Below are positions 12,501 to 26,670 of a stretch of DNA of 64,000 bases, piece after piece. The translations under genes were made by a program, and so were the position numbers. Every line of letters begins with the position of its first letter. The stretch's first letter is position 1. Origin of the DNA: Lama glama. Taxonomy: Eukaryota. The stretch lies in NCBI GenBank assembly GCA_028534125.1, contig CM052816.1, positions 1,054,001 through 1,118,000 of the forward strand, given 5' to 3'. The notes beneath the pieces were generated by a model that saw only the letters and a program-made list of their open reading frames with translations, did no database searches and was not told where the DNA came from.

Positions 12501-14489
12501 CTAGTTTAACACCGTTAAGGCAACAAGGAGTGGTAGAAAGAGCCAGACGTTAGACTCCCGCTAAGAAAAACTAACTTAGCTTCTAAGGGACTTCTAACAC
12601 AGTCACGAGCAACTCCTACCTACCTGATAGGGTTGCATTACAGCTTAAAATTATTTTTAAAAAGCAGTAAAGTGCCAAACATAATACACAGTCCAGCACA
12701 GACCCTGAAAATGACAGAGGAAAAAGATCACCTATTAAATTTCGCAGCATTTCTTGTGTGGCCTTTCCCCAAGCTAGACATCCAGAGCTAGCTCCCAGTG
12801 ACGAGATCATTCAGGACCAGGCAGGAAGGGAATACTGATGCCAGTTGTGTCTCCCACATTCTGAAACCAGAAGCCAAGCACCTCTTAAGGTGGGAGAAAC
12901 ACAAGTGGGCCTGAAAAAGCAACAGAGCATCCCCATCTCTGGATGTGAAAGACAGACGGACATTCAGATCCAGCAAACGAAGGAAGTCATCAGTAATGTA
13001 GCAAATATCTGGCCAAACTTTGCTCGTGAGCAAAGTGGTCGTAACATCAAAACATTGGCAACAAGCCTAATTGTTGAAAACGGGGAGTTGGTTAAATAAA
13101 AAAAAAATTTTTTTTTCTTTTAAGAAATACACATCAAGGTATATTTCAGAACACTTCAGTGACAAAAGATTCAGTCTCCTAAAGAAAGAATCCGCCCGAT
13201 TGCTACACACTTCAGGACACGAAGTTAACGTTAGGTTACATACAATTTACAACAAACTCTACTTCGATCTGTTAAAATAAGCCAGCGTGAAACTAGGAAG
13301 AAAAACTAGCTCTGCTTTAGTGCCTGAAGTGTCACGGTATCACACTCAGAAGCAGAAAGAAATCTTATTTTCCCCTTAAGGAGTTATTTTCATGCCATAC
13401 AGATTTTTTAAATGTTAACAAAAATAAAGGAAAACAATACTTGAAAATATATTATCAGAGGAAGTGTATCTACCAAAGAAGCATGTCCATTCTGTTTTCT
13501 ATGATGACGCTTCATCACATCTTTTAAGATCTTCTAGCTATTTTTAAGAGAGAAGTAATACCATAAAATGCTTGTTGTCATGTAATTTCTGGAAGAAAAA
13601 GTGAAAGCAAACACCAAGAGGAGTAGTTATGTACACAGGGAGATGGAACTACATGAGGTGTTTCTTATATTTTCTCATCTGTGTTTCTATATTTAAAAAA
13701 TAATCCAGGAGTATGACTTTTATAGAAAGAAGGAAAGCGTTCATTTGAGAGAAAGGAAGGAAGAAAGGAAAGGAGGTAGAGAAGGAAAAAAGGAAGGGAG
13801 GTCGGCAAGGAGGGGTTTATGAACATCTTCCCACCAGGCTACCTCCCCTCTCAGACCTTTCCACTCTGCTTCCTTTAATGCTTCTGGCTGAAGAAAAACA
13901 CCACCAGCCACGCAGCTGGTAGAAGATTCTAGATAAAAGCCTGGGAACATATACCCAGTGCATTAACAGAGAGTAAATATTTATAGACCGAAGATGAATG
14001 CAATTTAAGGATAATTTGAAGCAAAAATTACTTTGTCTTTCCCATGTACTCCTAAAAGCACGACAGGACCCTGAGACTAACCAAAAGCTTTCAACTAAGT
14101 GGAATGATCCGGAGCAATATCAGAACATCATCTTCTTTTAAAAGCATCCTGAGGGAAAAAATACAGTTTCCAGCAAATAGTATTTGGGAGATGATTTTGA
14201 GGAGCAGAGCTACTTTAGGTCCCAGCTTGGGTCTGGTAGAAACCATGGTGTAATGTTCAGGCAGAGGGTCCGGAGCCAGGCTGCCTACATTGAATTTGTT
14301 TGCTTCCATTTACTAAGTAGGCAACTTAATCGATCTTGTTCTGTCTCTGTTGCCTCATCCTGGGGACAGAAAAGATAGTAGTTACCTTGTAGGGTTTTCG
14401 TTATTACTCAGTGAGTTGGCGCATGTAAAATGTTTAGAACTGTGGCCAATATACAGTAGGTACTCCATAAATAAATAATTGATTATTCT

Positions 14490-15025
14490 AGTAGGTGGTC
14501 ATGATATACTGGCTGCCTAGCATCCATTTCCCTTCCAGACTCTGTTGGAGATCTTCTTTATGAAATCACCACTCCCCTGTCCTCAACCCTGTTATTTTTA
14601 ATGCAATTGATCCTAGGCTTCCCTCCAAAAGTGGTTACTGATTGGCTTAAACCACTCTACTGAACAATGATGATTGGTCCAGAAAAGGGCATGTGACCCC
14701 ATTCAGGCCAATGAAAGAGAAGCACTTCTGAGGCTCATGAGGAGTCTCCAAAAGAGACCCCTCTCTCCCTAGATGATGTGGTATATAAAGGTGGGGCCAT
14801 TTGGCTACCATAAGAGGAGCCAGCAGCTGCCAGAGAGCCTCACAGAAGAGCTGACAATGAAGCTGTCATTTAAACACCTCTGAATGGCATCGCTGGAGTC
14901 CCCGGCTCAGTCCTCACCTAAGGCTAGCCCTCCCACTAAACAGTTCAGTTATATGAGACAATAAACTGTCTATTATTTAGGCCAGCTGGGTTTGGCTTTC
15001 TGTAACTTGCACATAAGAAGCACTG
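14490..15025 (+). mobile_element. Old MaLR (MLT1-type) LTR
   Basis: MLT1-like motifs GGGCATGTGACCC...GGCCAATGA, AATAAA, and a terminal GGCTTTCTGTAACTTGCA block. Boundaries approximate. Confidence 0.55.
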
Positions 15026-17083
15026 ATTGATTCACTTTTCTGAGATGAATAATCCTTTGCATTTCTCTCTCTGGAACCATGTTCCAGGCATTCTCTACAT
15101 CAAGAATTTGACTGAGCTGATCTCAGACTCTCTGTCTATGAAGAAAATGAAAGAAAGTAAGCCTTCAGCTTCCTTCACCCTTTCCTGCCTCAGTTGTTTC
15201 TACCCACCCCAATTTCCAGGCTGCCCTTCCAAACCAACAGCATGACTTGAAAATGGTCCAGGCATTTGAAAAAAGAAAAACACAGAAACAAAGTCACTAA
15301 GTCAAATGCACAAAACTCTGTTGTGTGTATATGTATGTGTCTTTTCATGTAGTAACAACCCAAGAGGGAGAAAAGCAGACATAGGATTTGTAACAATATA
15401 CTTAACCATTTTGGTGAAATTCCACTACAAAAGTGATGCTTCTGGGATTTGTGATGAGCTATTTGAAGGACAGGGCACATCACCACACAGCTTTGAATCA
15501 TGCCAGCACCGAGGCCAGTGTCTTCCATCCACCACCAGATACCAGAGACCACTTGTCACATTGAAATGCCCATCATTTAGGCTACACCCTGCCCAAACCA
15601 CAACTACAACCATTTTTCATTTTTTGAGTACCCACCGTCCACCAGGTGCTTTGCTAGGCAATCCACACATGTGGATTATCTCTTAGATAATTTACTTCAA
15701 AGCACATCTGCATGGTAAATACTGAACTTCCATTCCTATTTATAGAGGAGGAAACAGGGTCAATTTGCCCTGGGGCACGAAGGTGGTAAATGATAGCACT
15801 AAGATTAGAACCCTGGCCTAATATGTAAAAGACACTCTACGGTGAAACACACATCACATGAGTATCAGTACAAGAACAAAAGATCATGTGGTTACAAGAT
15901 GTAAAGGTCAAGGGCAAAGATATTTAAGAGGCGCGGTGTAGAGGGAAGAAGAAAGGAGCTCACACGACTCTGCTATTATTGAACTTCATGCTCTCAAACA
16001 AGACAAAGGACCCATTCATTTGATCAACAAATACTCATTAAGGATCTACTATGGGATTAATACTCAGGAAACAACAGTGAATAACACAAACCCGGTCCCT
16101 CGCCTTGTGGAACTCACAACCCCATGAAGATCCTAGAAATGGAAAGACCCTTCAGAATCACCTAGTCCAGCTCCCTCTTTGACAGATGGGAAGACTGAGA
16201 CCCAGAGAGAGGGGGGACTCGCTCAGAGTTCATCAGTGGCACAGCTAGACTGAAACCCAGCTCCGCACATGACCCACTGCCATGCTTCACAAGTGGGAAG
16301 AGTGTTAGCTGCCTGCCCTCACACCGCAGGACTCCCGAAACAGCTGAGAGGGAGTGTCTGAAAGCAGTGGAAAGACATACAAAGATGCTCATTTCAGCAC
16401 TGTTGGATGTGGCGTACATAAGGGCACACACGCTGGAAACAAATGTGCTCCAAGTAGGGAGCTGTTGAGTAAACTATGGCACATTCATATGATTGATGCT
16501 TTTGCTACTAAAATAATCATAATAATAACAGTAATAATAATAAACATTAGTTTTATAGGCTTGGTCTGGAAATGGCCATGGTGTTTTATGAAGCATGTGA
16601 GAAAGCAGACTGTAGGCTAATGCATATAACATAATCCCATTTCTTGTCGGTTTCCAGATTTTAAGGAGAAAACATAGATGTGTGTATAAATTTTATATAC
16701 TCATGTTTAAACATAGAGAAAGATGTGAAAAGATGTACATTGTTGGTTTTCTCAGGGGTGGGAATGGAAGACAGAAGGGGCCATTACTTTTTCTTTATAT
16801 TCAAGTTGTATCATCTGACTTGGTTATAAGCATGTATACTTTTTATTTTTGATCATTCTTTTTTGAGTAGGTAATATGTTCCCATGGCTCAAAATTCAAA
16901 AGAGACAAGAGCATACAGTAAAAAATGTTCTACTCACACCATCCTCCAGAGGCTCCAGGCTCCCAGGGTCTATCCGCTTTCTCTGCATCTTTCAGACACA
17001 TACGGAGATTTCTGTATGTGTGCGTGACACAAACACTGCAGACTGCATTTTTTTCACTTGACAGTTTATCTTCGATGTCACAC

Positions 17084-17407
17084 AGTCTCAGTCAACTCAG
17101 GCTGCTGTAACAAAATACCAGACACTGGGTAGTTTAAGGAACACAGTTCTGGAGACTGGAAGTCCAAGACCAGGGTGCCAGTGTGGTCGGGTCCTGGATG
17201 AGAACCCTCCTCCTAATTCGCAGATGGACATCTTTTTGTGGATCAGAAAGCAAGCTCTCTCTGTCTCTAGTTACAAGGGCACTAATATCATGAGGGCTCC
17301 ACCTTTATGATCTGATTATCTCCCTAAGGCCCCACCTCTCAGTACCACCACTCTGGGGGTTAGGCTTCAAGCTACTTTAGAAGGACACAGACGTTCAGTC
17401 CGTAGCA
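17084..17407 (-). mobile_element. MLT1A-like MaLR solo LTR
   Basis: Minus strand starts TGCTACGGACTGAAC and ends ...CAGCCTGAGTTGACTGAGAC, resembling MLT1A termini. Confidence 0.7.
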
Positions 17408-17470
17408 TGTATCATATCCATACAGAATGGGCTTTCTTTTCTATGGCTGCATTTACTTAACCAGCTTCTT

Positions 17471-17610
17471 CTTTGTTTTCGTTTTGTTTTTTTTGGTGGG
17501 GGAGGTAATTAGGTTTATTTATTTATTCTTGGAGGAGGTACTGGGGATTGAACCCAGGGCCTCATGCATGTTAACCATGTGCTCTACCACTTGAGCTATA
17601 CCTTCCCCCC
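17471..17610 (-). mobile_element. tRNA-derived SINE (Vic-1-like)
   Basis: Reverse-complement head plus T-rich tail; perfect 13-bp TSD TAACCAGCTTCTT at 17458-17470 and 17611-17623. Confidence 0.9.
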
Positions 17611-20600
17611 TAACCAGCTTCTTACTATGGGGCATCTAGGTTGCTCCCAGTCTTTGCTCAAATGGCCCATGCTGAAAAGACTATTTTAAACTTTTATTTT
17701 AAAATTACATCAGATCATGCCACCCCGCTACTCAAAAATCTCCAGTGGAACCTGATCTCATTCAGATCAAAAGTGAAAATCTTTCCAATGGCCTACATGG
17801 CCCAGTGGAGCCCACAGCCACCCCACCACCTCTCAGCTGTGGGACCTCATCTTCAACCATCACCTGTGCCCTCCCCAGTGGCTGATGAAGGTCTCCTTGC
17901 TGTTTCTCAGAACTCTCCACCCTACTGTCTCCACGGCTCACTCCTTCAGCCCCTGCAAGGCTTTGATCAGACCTCAGCTTCTCAGGGAGGCACCCCACAT
18001 TTTAAACAGCACACACTTCAGTATTTCCTATCTAATCCATGCCCCACCATTTTTTCCACAGCATTCATCACCTTCTAACATGCTATATAATCTTCTTATT
18101 TATTATATTAGCTGTCCTCTGTCTTCTCCAGCAAAATTGTAAGCTCCTTGAGGGCAGAAATTTTTGTCTGTCTTGTTCACTGACGTGTCCCCAGTACCTC
18201 CAACCTAGGAATTGGCACACAGGATGAGCTTAGTGAATGTTTGTTGAATGAATAAATATAAATGAACAGCATATGGGTGGCAGCATCTTTTATTACACAC
18301 CTACTTTTAACAATTAGAGTGTATTAAAGTGTAGGAAAAAGGAAAGGCATGTTGTATTTGGAAGAAGAAGCAGGGGAGTAAATACAGTCACTGTCTTTCG
18401 AAACAAGATCTATGCATATAACCTAGCGCATACTTCATGAGATTTGTTTCGGTCACTTTATACACACATCTCAGGCAATCCTCACAATAACCGGTGGGTT
18501 AAGTACCATTGTTACCCTCTTTTAGGGCAGAGGGAACACACACACAGACTGGTGCGGTGATTTGTCCAAGGTCACGCAGTGGGAAGGGGAAAGAAGCCAA
18601 AGCAGGGACCCAAAAGCAGGCAGCCTGATTCCAGAGCCATGCTCGTACCTGCTCAGCTCAACCCAGATTTCCACTTGTTAGTGCAAATGAAATCCTAGAA
18701 GGCCCCTCATAAGTCACTAAGATCCAAACTCCTTGACTTCATTTTCACAGGTGCGCACAGCATCAAGAGAATCGTGCCCGATCCAGGCTGACAGCCCACG
18801 GACATTTAAGTACCTCACTCAAGGTAACGCTGCTGTGTGCCGCGGGTTTGAATCCAGACGGTCCTCGTCCCTAACTCACCTACCCTTCAGCACCCCAGCA
18901 CACTGCCGGCACGCGGGCCAGGATGAAGGAGGGCTGCGTGCAGTAAAGCCCAAGGAGGGCCCAGGGGGTTCTTTGTCCACAGGGACTCAGATCAGCCACC
19001 AAGGCTGCCATGCGTGTACTCTGCAAAGTTTGACTTATGAGGTTCTTTCAACAGGAAGTGTTGCCGGCTCAGATCTCACCTAGATCAGCCCGGGGTCTGG
19101 GAGTTCTGGAAGCCACATCAACAGGGCATGAGATAGATAATACTAGGGCCAGCCTTGAAATGTTATCTGAGAGGAAGCTGACCACCACCCTCCGGACCCT
19201 CATAGTGCTGAATGATGGGCAGTGTCTGCACACGCTAGGCCCCTGAAATCCACTGACTACTGCTCTCCACCTCCACCGAGACATCATAAATCATAGTTCC
19301 ATCTGGGTGGTGCATCCTTTCAGGGCAGGGGGTGGCCAACATTTAACATGCTAATGACCCAGAGCAGGCTTATGAGTCTCTTGAAGCTTCCTGTTTGCAC
19401 TCGTGAAATAAAGATGAAGCATGAGGGCGATGGCTGTTTGTGGGTGGCTGCCTAGGGTTTAACTTACTTAAAAACACCACCAGCCTGAGATCTGGGAGAC
19501 CAGTGTTAAGATGATATCAATTACTTTCTGACAGTTAAGTGATATCTCGTGGAGTCTCAGTTTTTTCCATCTGGAGGGTGAGGGACTGGGACAAGGGCTG
19601 TGAATTCGAGCTCAGTTGCACTCTGAGCTCTGACCCTGGACCCTTCCAGGCCAGGGGCCCCCCATTCCTCACTTCGGCCACTGTCAGAGGCAGGCCAAGC
19701 CTGCGGTGTGGGTCTCAGAAAAAGCAGGGACAAATTTAAAACAAAGCAAAAGATATTTGGACAAAAATACTGAGGTGTTCCATGTGGAAAAACATCTGAA
19801 CTTTTTTTGTTACATTAATTTGTGATTTTTACTAATGGTGGGAGGGACACCATAATTTTTTCCTGTTTTTAACCTTCCCATTGGATCCTGTTCTAAAAGT
19901 ACAGGGTTCTGACTTCCTCCCTTTCTCTCTCCCTCCCTTTATTTGAAAAGATTCCTCAAAACCTCTGTCTGTGTCTTGGTCTCCTACTTTCAAAAGGGGA
20001 GCAGTTGCCCAGAGTTACTTTTTAATGGTACACATTTACATGTGCAGGGAAACAAATCGCTCACCGTGAGGGCAAAGAGGTGTGTGCAAAGGTACTGGGC
20101 TCAGCGTTGCTTGTAATAGCAAAATAGAGGAAAGGAACTAAGTGTCCGTCAGCAAGCACTCGTTAAACCCGCACCTCCACGCAGAAGAGCACTGGGTGCC
20201 CTTAAAGCAGCGGCAGTAGGTCTGCCTGTGAGGAACGAAACATCCCCCAGAAACCATTTCTAAACGAAAACGGCAAGATGCAGAGTGATGCCTGCTAAGT
20301 TCCCATTCGCGTTTCTTTTAGAGAAACCTATATCCACATATCCGGGTTTACACATGGAATACTTCCAGAAGGATAAACAAGGGACTGTTCCCAGCGGTTG
20401 CCTCTGGGGATTAGCCCAGGCAGCCTGCGAGGAAAGGAAACTTCATGTTCATTCTGTATGCTCTTGGACTATTTGATTTTTTTAATCACTCACATGCAGA
20501 GCTGCTATTTAACTAATCAAAAGGGCTGCATTTATATACCATACTGTTGTCAATATTAATGATAGAAGATAAGGAAAGACCATCATCTGTCCATACCAAT

Positions 20601-22269
20601 TAGAAAGCATTCATTCACTTAAAAGACTGATGGAGCATTTACTATGTGCAAAGCGACGTATCTGGCCGGGCAGAGGTGCCTGAGAGCGGCTGCTTCCTTT
20701 AGGAGGGCGCGACAGGCACCAGCTCAAACTCTGGAGGGAGGCGGAGTAGACTCAAGGTGCATCAAGGATCCACCACTTCTTTGCTGGGTGGCTGTGGGAA
20801 ATTCAGGTCACCACCCTGAACTTCTGTCTCTTTATCTGTAAGATCAGTATATTTAAACAACTGACTTCCCTTCACCTTACCCCTAAAGAGCTGCGATGAG
20901 CACTGAAGAGGGTAAGGCAGGTGAGATGCCCAGCCCTGGTTCGTATTAGCAGTGATGAGCGCAGGTCGTGGTTATGACAGGCATCTTTCTCTAGCTGAGC
21001 TCCAGCCACCTCTTCTCTCAAAATCAGGAACCTCTTAGTTCTTGATAACCCACTATCCTTCCCCACCCAAACAGACTATATGAACTCAGGAATGAAGACA
21101 CAGAGAGTAAGGGATAGTCTTAGTCTTAAGAAGCTTAGAAGCGGAATCTAAACTAAGCCTTGTAGGATAAAAAGGCAGATTCAATGGGAGTGGGATCCTT
21201 ACAGAGGAGGCAGCATGGCTGAAAGAACGAAGCAATAAAGATGCCTGAGGAATGGCCAAGAGCCCAGTGGTGAGGGTACCTCCATCCCCGGAGGCCAGTG
21301 GACCCGTTGGCCCAAGGTTTCAAATGCTGTGATGAGAAGCTTCCAGAACAAAGTAGATACTCACAGCTGAGGAGCAATGGGAAGGACACAGCACAGAAGT
21401 GATGAGGGTGAGAGCAGTGAGAATGGAGCCGAGAAGACAACTTGACAGGCCTCAGGACGTGGACCACCTAGGGTTTGGTGACCCTTTGGATGCTTAGCTG
21501 GGGAAGGTGAGACAATGAAGACAATGAAGACAAACTCCAGAGTCCTGGTTACCACGATCGTCTGAGCTCTCCAGAGCAGATAGAGGGAGAAGCGGGGGTA
21601 TATGTGAGTTTGTGTAATGTTGCCAAACACAAGTCACCCTTTTTGTTTTCCTTTCCAAACTGTCAGGAGCTCTGAGCCAGCTTCCCTTTAATTCATCCAA
21701 TAAATATTTATCAAGCACTTATTCTACATTAAGGACTGAGCCATGAGCCAGCAATATAACAGTAGAGAAAGTAACGGTGCTTGATCTCACAGTCTTTAAA
21801 ATCTACCATGGAGCCCAGGCAGAGCAACAGTCAATCACAACCATGCTAGGTCGGGAGAGTTCATGGGATGTTGGGATTCCAAGTCGGGGTACCTACTCCA
21901 AACTTGGGTGGCAGTAGAGGCTTAGGAAGTGACTTCAAAGCTGAGAACAGAGAGAGAGGCAGGATTTAATAAGACAAGGAGCCAGGAAAGAATATTCCAA
22001 GCAGAGTAGACAGCAAACATGTTGGTCAGAAGGTCTGGAGGAGGTGCAGTATGGCTGGATAGAGGTTGGGAGGTGGGGAGTGGATGGAAAAGAGGCCACA
22101 GTGGGACCAGATCTTGATGTCAAGTTAGGACCGCCGGCTTAGGCATCACTCTCGGGCCCTTCTCTCATAGCACCAACCCTGCCCCGGCAGCTCCAGTGGG
22201 CACACTTGGGAGAATTGTCTCTGGGCACATGGGCCTGGGAGTGTCTCCCCAAAGTCTGTGCAAAAGCAT

Positions 22270-22408
22270 GAGTCTGGCCAATGAGTCAGAACCAAGTTTG
22301 GATTTGAAAATGATGACTTTGCTTTTATATCAGATTTCTAAATAGGGAGGGTTTTTTCCAATCCCATCAATGTCATGTGCTCTGAGTTCCCCCTTTCACT
22401 CTTTCTTT
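22270..22408. promoter_or_regulatory. Probable ortholog of the distal miR-146a enhancer (human rs2431697 region)
   Basis: AP-1 TGAGTCA at 22282-22288, IRF-ETS composite GAAAGGGGGAA (minus) at 22387-22397, kB-like GGGTTTTTTCC at 22349-22359. Minus-strand ATTTAGAAATCTGATATAAAAGC resembles the human rs2431697 flank as recalled. About 13.5 kb upstream of the host-gene TSS. Confidence 0.55.
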
Positions 22409-22436
22409 AAAAAAAAAAACAACAAAAAAACCCAAG

Positions 22437-22565
22437 GTGGCAGGGTATAGCTCAGTGGTAGAGTGCATGCCTGACATGTGTGAGGTCCTGAATTTAATCC
22501 CCAGCACCGCCATTAAAAATAAATAAATCTAATTACCTCCACCCGCCAAAAAAAGTAAACAAAAA
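22437..22565 (+). mobile_element. tRNA-derived SINE (Vic-1-like)
   Basis: GGGTATAGCTCAGTGGTAGAG head and AATAAATCTAATTACCTCC tail. Confidence 0.85.
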
Positions 22566-22597
22566 TGTCCAAATTTGATTTAAAAACTATAAATCCA

Positions 22598-23165
22598 CTG
22601 CACCCAGTGTTCACAGAAGCACTATTTACAATAGCCAAGACATGGAAACCACCTAAATGTCCATCAACAGATGACTGGATAAAGAAGTTATGGTATATTT
22701 ATACAATGGAATACTACTCGGCCGTAAAAAATAATAAAATAATGCCATTTACAGCAACATGGATGGCTCTGGAGAATGTCATTCCAAGTGAAGTAAGCCA
22801 GAAAGAGAAAGAAAAATACCATATGATATCACTCATATGTGGAATCTAAAAAAAAAAGACAAATAAACTTATATATAAAACAGAAACAGACCCACAGACA
22901 TAGAAAACAAACTTATGGTTACTGGAGGGGAAGAGGGTGGGAAGGCAAAAACTGGGAGCTCGAGATTTGCAGATACTAACTGGCATATATAAAGTAGATA
23001 AACATGTTTATATTGTACAGCACAGGGAACGATATCTTGTAGTAGGTTATGGTGAAAAATATGAAAATGAATATATGTATATTCATGTACGACTGAAGCA
23101 ATGTGCTCCACATCAGAAATTGACACAACACTGCAAACTGACTATACTTCAGTAAAAAGAAAAAG
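22598..23165 (+). mobile_element. 5'-truncated L1 (end of ORF2 plus 3'UTR)
   Basis: ORF 22565-22849 translates the L1 ORF2 C-terminus ([33 protein letters not shown]), followed by 3'UTR and A tail. Confidence 0.9.
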
Positions 23166-24632
23166 CTATAAGCCCAGAGATCCAAGAAGCTCAGCAAACC
23201 CCAAACACAAGAAACATGAAGAAAACCATAGGAAGGCTCATTAGTGATAAGAGGGGAGGAGGGAAGCATCAGGCAAGAAAAGACATCACACACAGAGCAA
23301 CAAAGAGGAGAACAGGAGACTTCTCCTTGATGGAAAACATGCAAGAAGACAGTGGAGCAGCATCTTTAAAGCACAGAAGGAGAAAGACCTGCCAACCCAG
23401 AATCCAGCAATAAAGACTTTTTCAGACATCCCAAAGCTGAAAGCATTTATTCACCAGCAGACCCAGATGGCAAGAAATGTTAAAAGGAAATTCTCCAAGC
23501 AGGAGGGAACAGATACCAGGGGGCAATCGGGAACTACACAAAGGAACAAAGAGCACCGAGAAAAATAAAAACTGTTTTCTTATTATTTATATCTCTTCAA
23601 AAGATATTTGACTGTTAGAAATAAGAACCATGTAATACAGGGTTTATAACATATTAGAAAGTACAAATGTATGACAGCTTAGCACAAAGGGTAGGAGGGG
23701 AGAGGTGGAAGTTTACTCTTCAAGGCTCTTATATGTGAAATGATAGAGTATCACCTACAAGTAAATGGTGATGAGTTAAAGATGCAGACTATAAACTCAA
23801 AAGCAACCACTAATAAAAAGAGTTAAAGCCAACACAGAAGTCCATTTTAAAACATGCCAAAAGAAGACAGAAAAAGAGAACTAGAGGAACAAAGAACAGA
23901 TGAGACAAATAGAAAGAAATTGCAAAATGATAAACTTAACTCTATCAATAGTCAAACCTACAGAAAAGTTGCAAGAATAGTTACAGAGAACTCAGGTATT
24001 GTCTTCATACAGATTACCACTTTTTAAAGTCACTTTACATTTGCTCTATCACACTCTTTACATATGCAGATTTCCTGAAACTTCTCAGAGTATATCGCAG
24101 GCATCATGCCATTTTACCCCTGTACACTTTCACGTGTTTTTATTCCCTGAGAACAAGGACCTTCTCTTACATAACCACAGCCAAGTTACCAAATCCAGGA
24201 AATTTAACAATGATGCAATACTCTCATCTTAAAAAAAAAAAAAAACCAAAACCCAGTACATTTCATAATTTCATCATTGCCCCAATTGTGTTCCGTAGAC
24301 CAACTTTTTCCCAAGTCAGGATCTGGTCCCCATGGCACATGGCACTGAATGGTCCTATCTTTTCAACAGGCAACTGCTCCTCAGCCCTTCTTTGTCCTGC
24401 TTGACCTTGACATTTTTGAAGAGCACAGATCAGCTGAGTTGTCTTTGTTGTTTGGTCTGGTTTGGTGTAAGAACATCCTTTAATTTGTGGTTCTCTGATA
24501 ATTTTTTTTTTTGTATTCTAAATCAGATCACAATGCTGTCCTCCTTCCACGGCCCCTGTGGGAGCCCAACACTTGCACTCCAGTTAACTGCATTCTTACA
24601 AAGCCTTTCCTGAATTAAGAAATCAGTCCAAG

Positions 24633-24778
24633 GAGGGAACATATAGCTCAGTGGTAGAGCACATGCTTTAGCATGCACGAGGTCCTGGGTTTAATCCCTA
24701 GTACCTCCATTAAAAAAAAAAAAAGTTAAAAACAATGCAGAAAAAAATATGGAAATTAGGAAAACTAAAAAACAGAAA
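24633..24778 (+). mobile_element. tRNA-derived SINE (Vic-1-like)
   Basis: Head, poly(A) tail, TSD AAGAA(A/G)TCAGTCCAAG at 24617-24632 and 24779-24794. Confidence 0.9.
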
Positions 24779-26329
24779 AAGAAGTCAGTCCAAGTCTACT
24801 AAGTTAATTATATGTGAACTAGGATCTGAATTCTGGCTCCTGGTTTCCAACAGTCCAAAAACCATACTGCTTCCAGCTTAATAACAATCCAAAGTAGAAA
24901 TTATAAGTAGCAAGAATAAGAAATGCATCAACATAATATAGTTTCGCTATTTCAGTTTTCTAAAATGAGTGATTTTGTAGAAGGAAAGTGAGGCTAACTA
25001 TAAAAATAAACACTCAACTATTTCAAATGAATAACGATTTGAGGAAGGCAGTTGGGACAATAAACTGTGATTCAAAAAGAAAGAAAGTAAGAAAGAAAAC
25101 CAAACAAAAAAGCCTTTCCTGGTCTGGCCTCTGCCTTCCTCTCCACCCATATTGTGCTCCAGCCACCAAGAAGCACTAGCTTGCTTTCCAGCTGGTTCTC
25201 ACCTCAGGGCTGTTGCACATGCCATGCCTGCTCCCGCTGCCATCAGCCCTCATCCTCCTCTCTCAGTTCACAACCACCATCTCAGAGGCCTCTTCCCTCC
25301 GCCAGAGCCAGGCCCTGCCACTTCTGATTTATTTCCGTCAGCGCACTTCCCACCAGCAGAAATCACCTTGTTTGCTTACCAGCTTTCTACTGAACTGAAA
25401 GTCTTGGAAGGGCAGGAATCTTGTCTGTCTCGTTCACAGATGTGTTCTCAGCACCCAGTATGGTACCAGGCATATAGGCTCTCAGTACACACTTTTGGAA
25501 AGAATGAATGAATGGAGGGACGGGGGAAGTCAAAAAAAGAGAACGAGAGAAGGGGAAAGAAACGTATTTCAGAAGAAAAGAAATACCAATGACATCATTT
25601 AACACCTGTTGAGAGTTTTCCACGCGCTCAGCATTCTTCTAAGCACTGTGTGCTTGTATTAACTCATTCATGGGGCAGTCAGAGTCTTAAGTCACAATTC
25701 CTGAGACCCTAGACTCTCCATCAGTAAAATGAGGAAGACCTGACACGCTGGGAAAATCTGCGCAGCTAATCACAGCCTCTGAGGGACATGAGGAAGGATG
25801 TTCAGGTTATCAAAACAGACTTCTACAGAGGGTGAGAACCGTGCAGATCAGCGGAGACCAGTCCTGGGTCGCCACCGTGGTGCTGGATGCCTCGCTCTCC
25901 TTCCGGGGAGGGGCCCTTAGGGTCACGGCAGGGGGCTCCAAACACCCCATTTTTACCATACGATCCTACCTCCAGGACTGAGAAAATATGCCAGGAAGCA
26001 GGGAAAATGAAGGAGGAGCCCAGAGCAGTGGGGATGAGGCTGGAGAACGCGTTTCCCTGCTGCTTCAGGCCATCCTGGAGGCCAGGCTTCTCTCCTGGCC
26101 CTGGTTTCCCCAAACACCCTATGGCCTCCAAGAGTTTTCCTTGCTGACGCCAACTCGAACTGGTTTCTGTGTCTGCAGAGTGTCCGTTGATGTGGGAGGG
26201 CTGTCGTCAATGGTTTGGGGAAGTCCCCACCTAAGGGTCTCGGTGGGAAACGGAGAAGTTGAAAATGTCACTCACTTTCCTAGCATCCCTTGCAGCTGAG
26301 ATGCTCGCACACATGACCCACGTTCAACC

Positions 26330-26670
26330 AGTTAGACGTTATGCACCATGAAAGGGGGCTGAGGGAACTGGTTTCAGTGGTCACTGGCTGCAGCCGCATC
26401 TTCCACCCAGCGTGGCCAGTGGCAGCGGTGCACAGCGGGGCCTGTGTGACGGCAGTGGCGTCCCTGCCCGGCTCGGGCTGCACCGTCACACAGCCTACTC
26501 CTGGGACGGAGGCCTCCCCCCGACTGTCGCTGCTCAGTACCTTGTGCCCGCTCCCTAGCTCTCCTGACACATCTGTGAACCACCTGATGGGATTTCAATA
26601 AATTCCCTTCCTGCTCAAGTCAGCTGAATTGGCTTCTGCAGGCTGCAACTAAGAACTCCAACGAATCCAG
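26330..26670 (+). mobile_element. MLT1-type LTR 3' portion
   Basis: AATAAATTCCCTTCCTGCTCAAGTCAGCTGAATTGGCTTCTG...GCAACTAAGAA resembles an MLT1 LTR end. 5' boundary uncertain. Confidence 0.55.
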
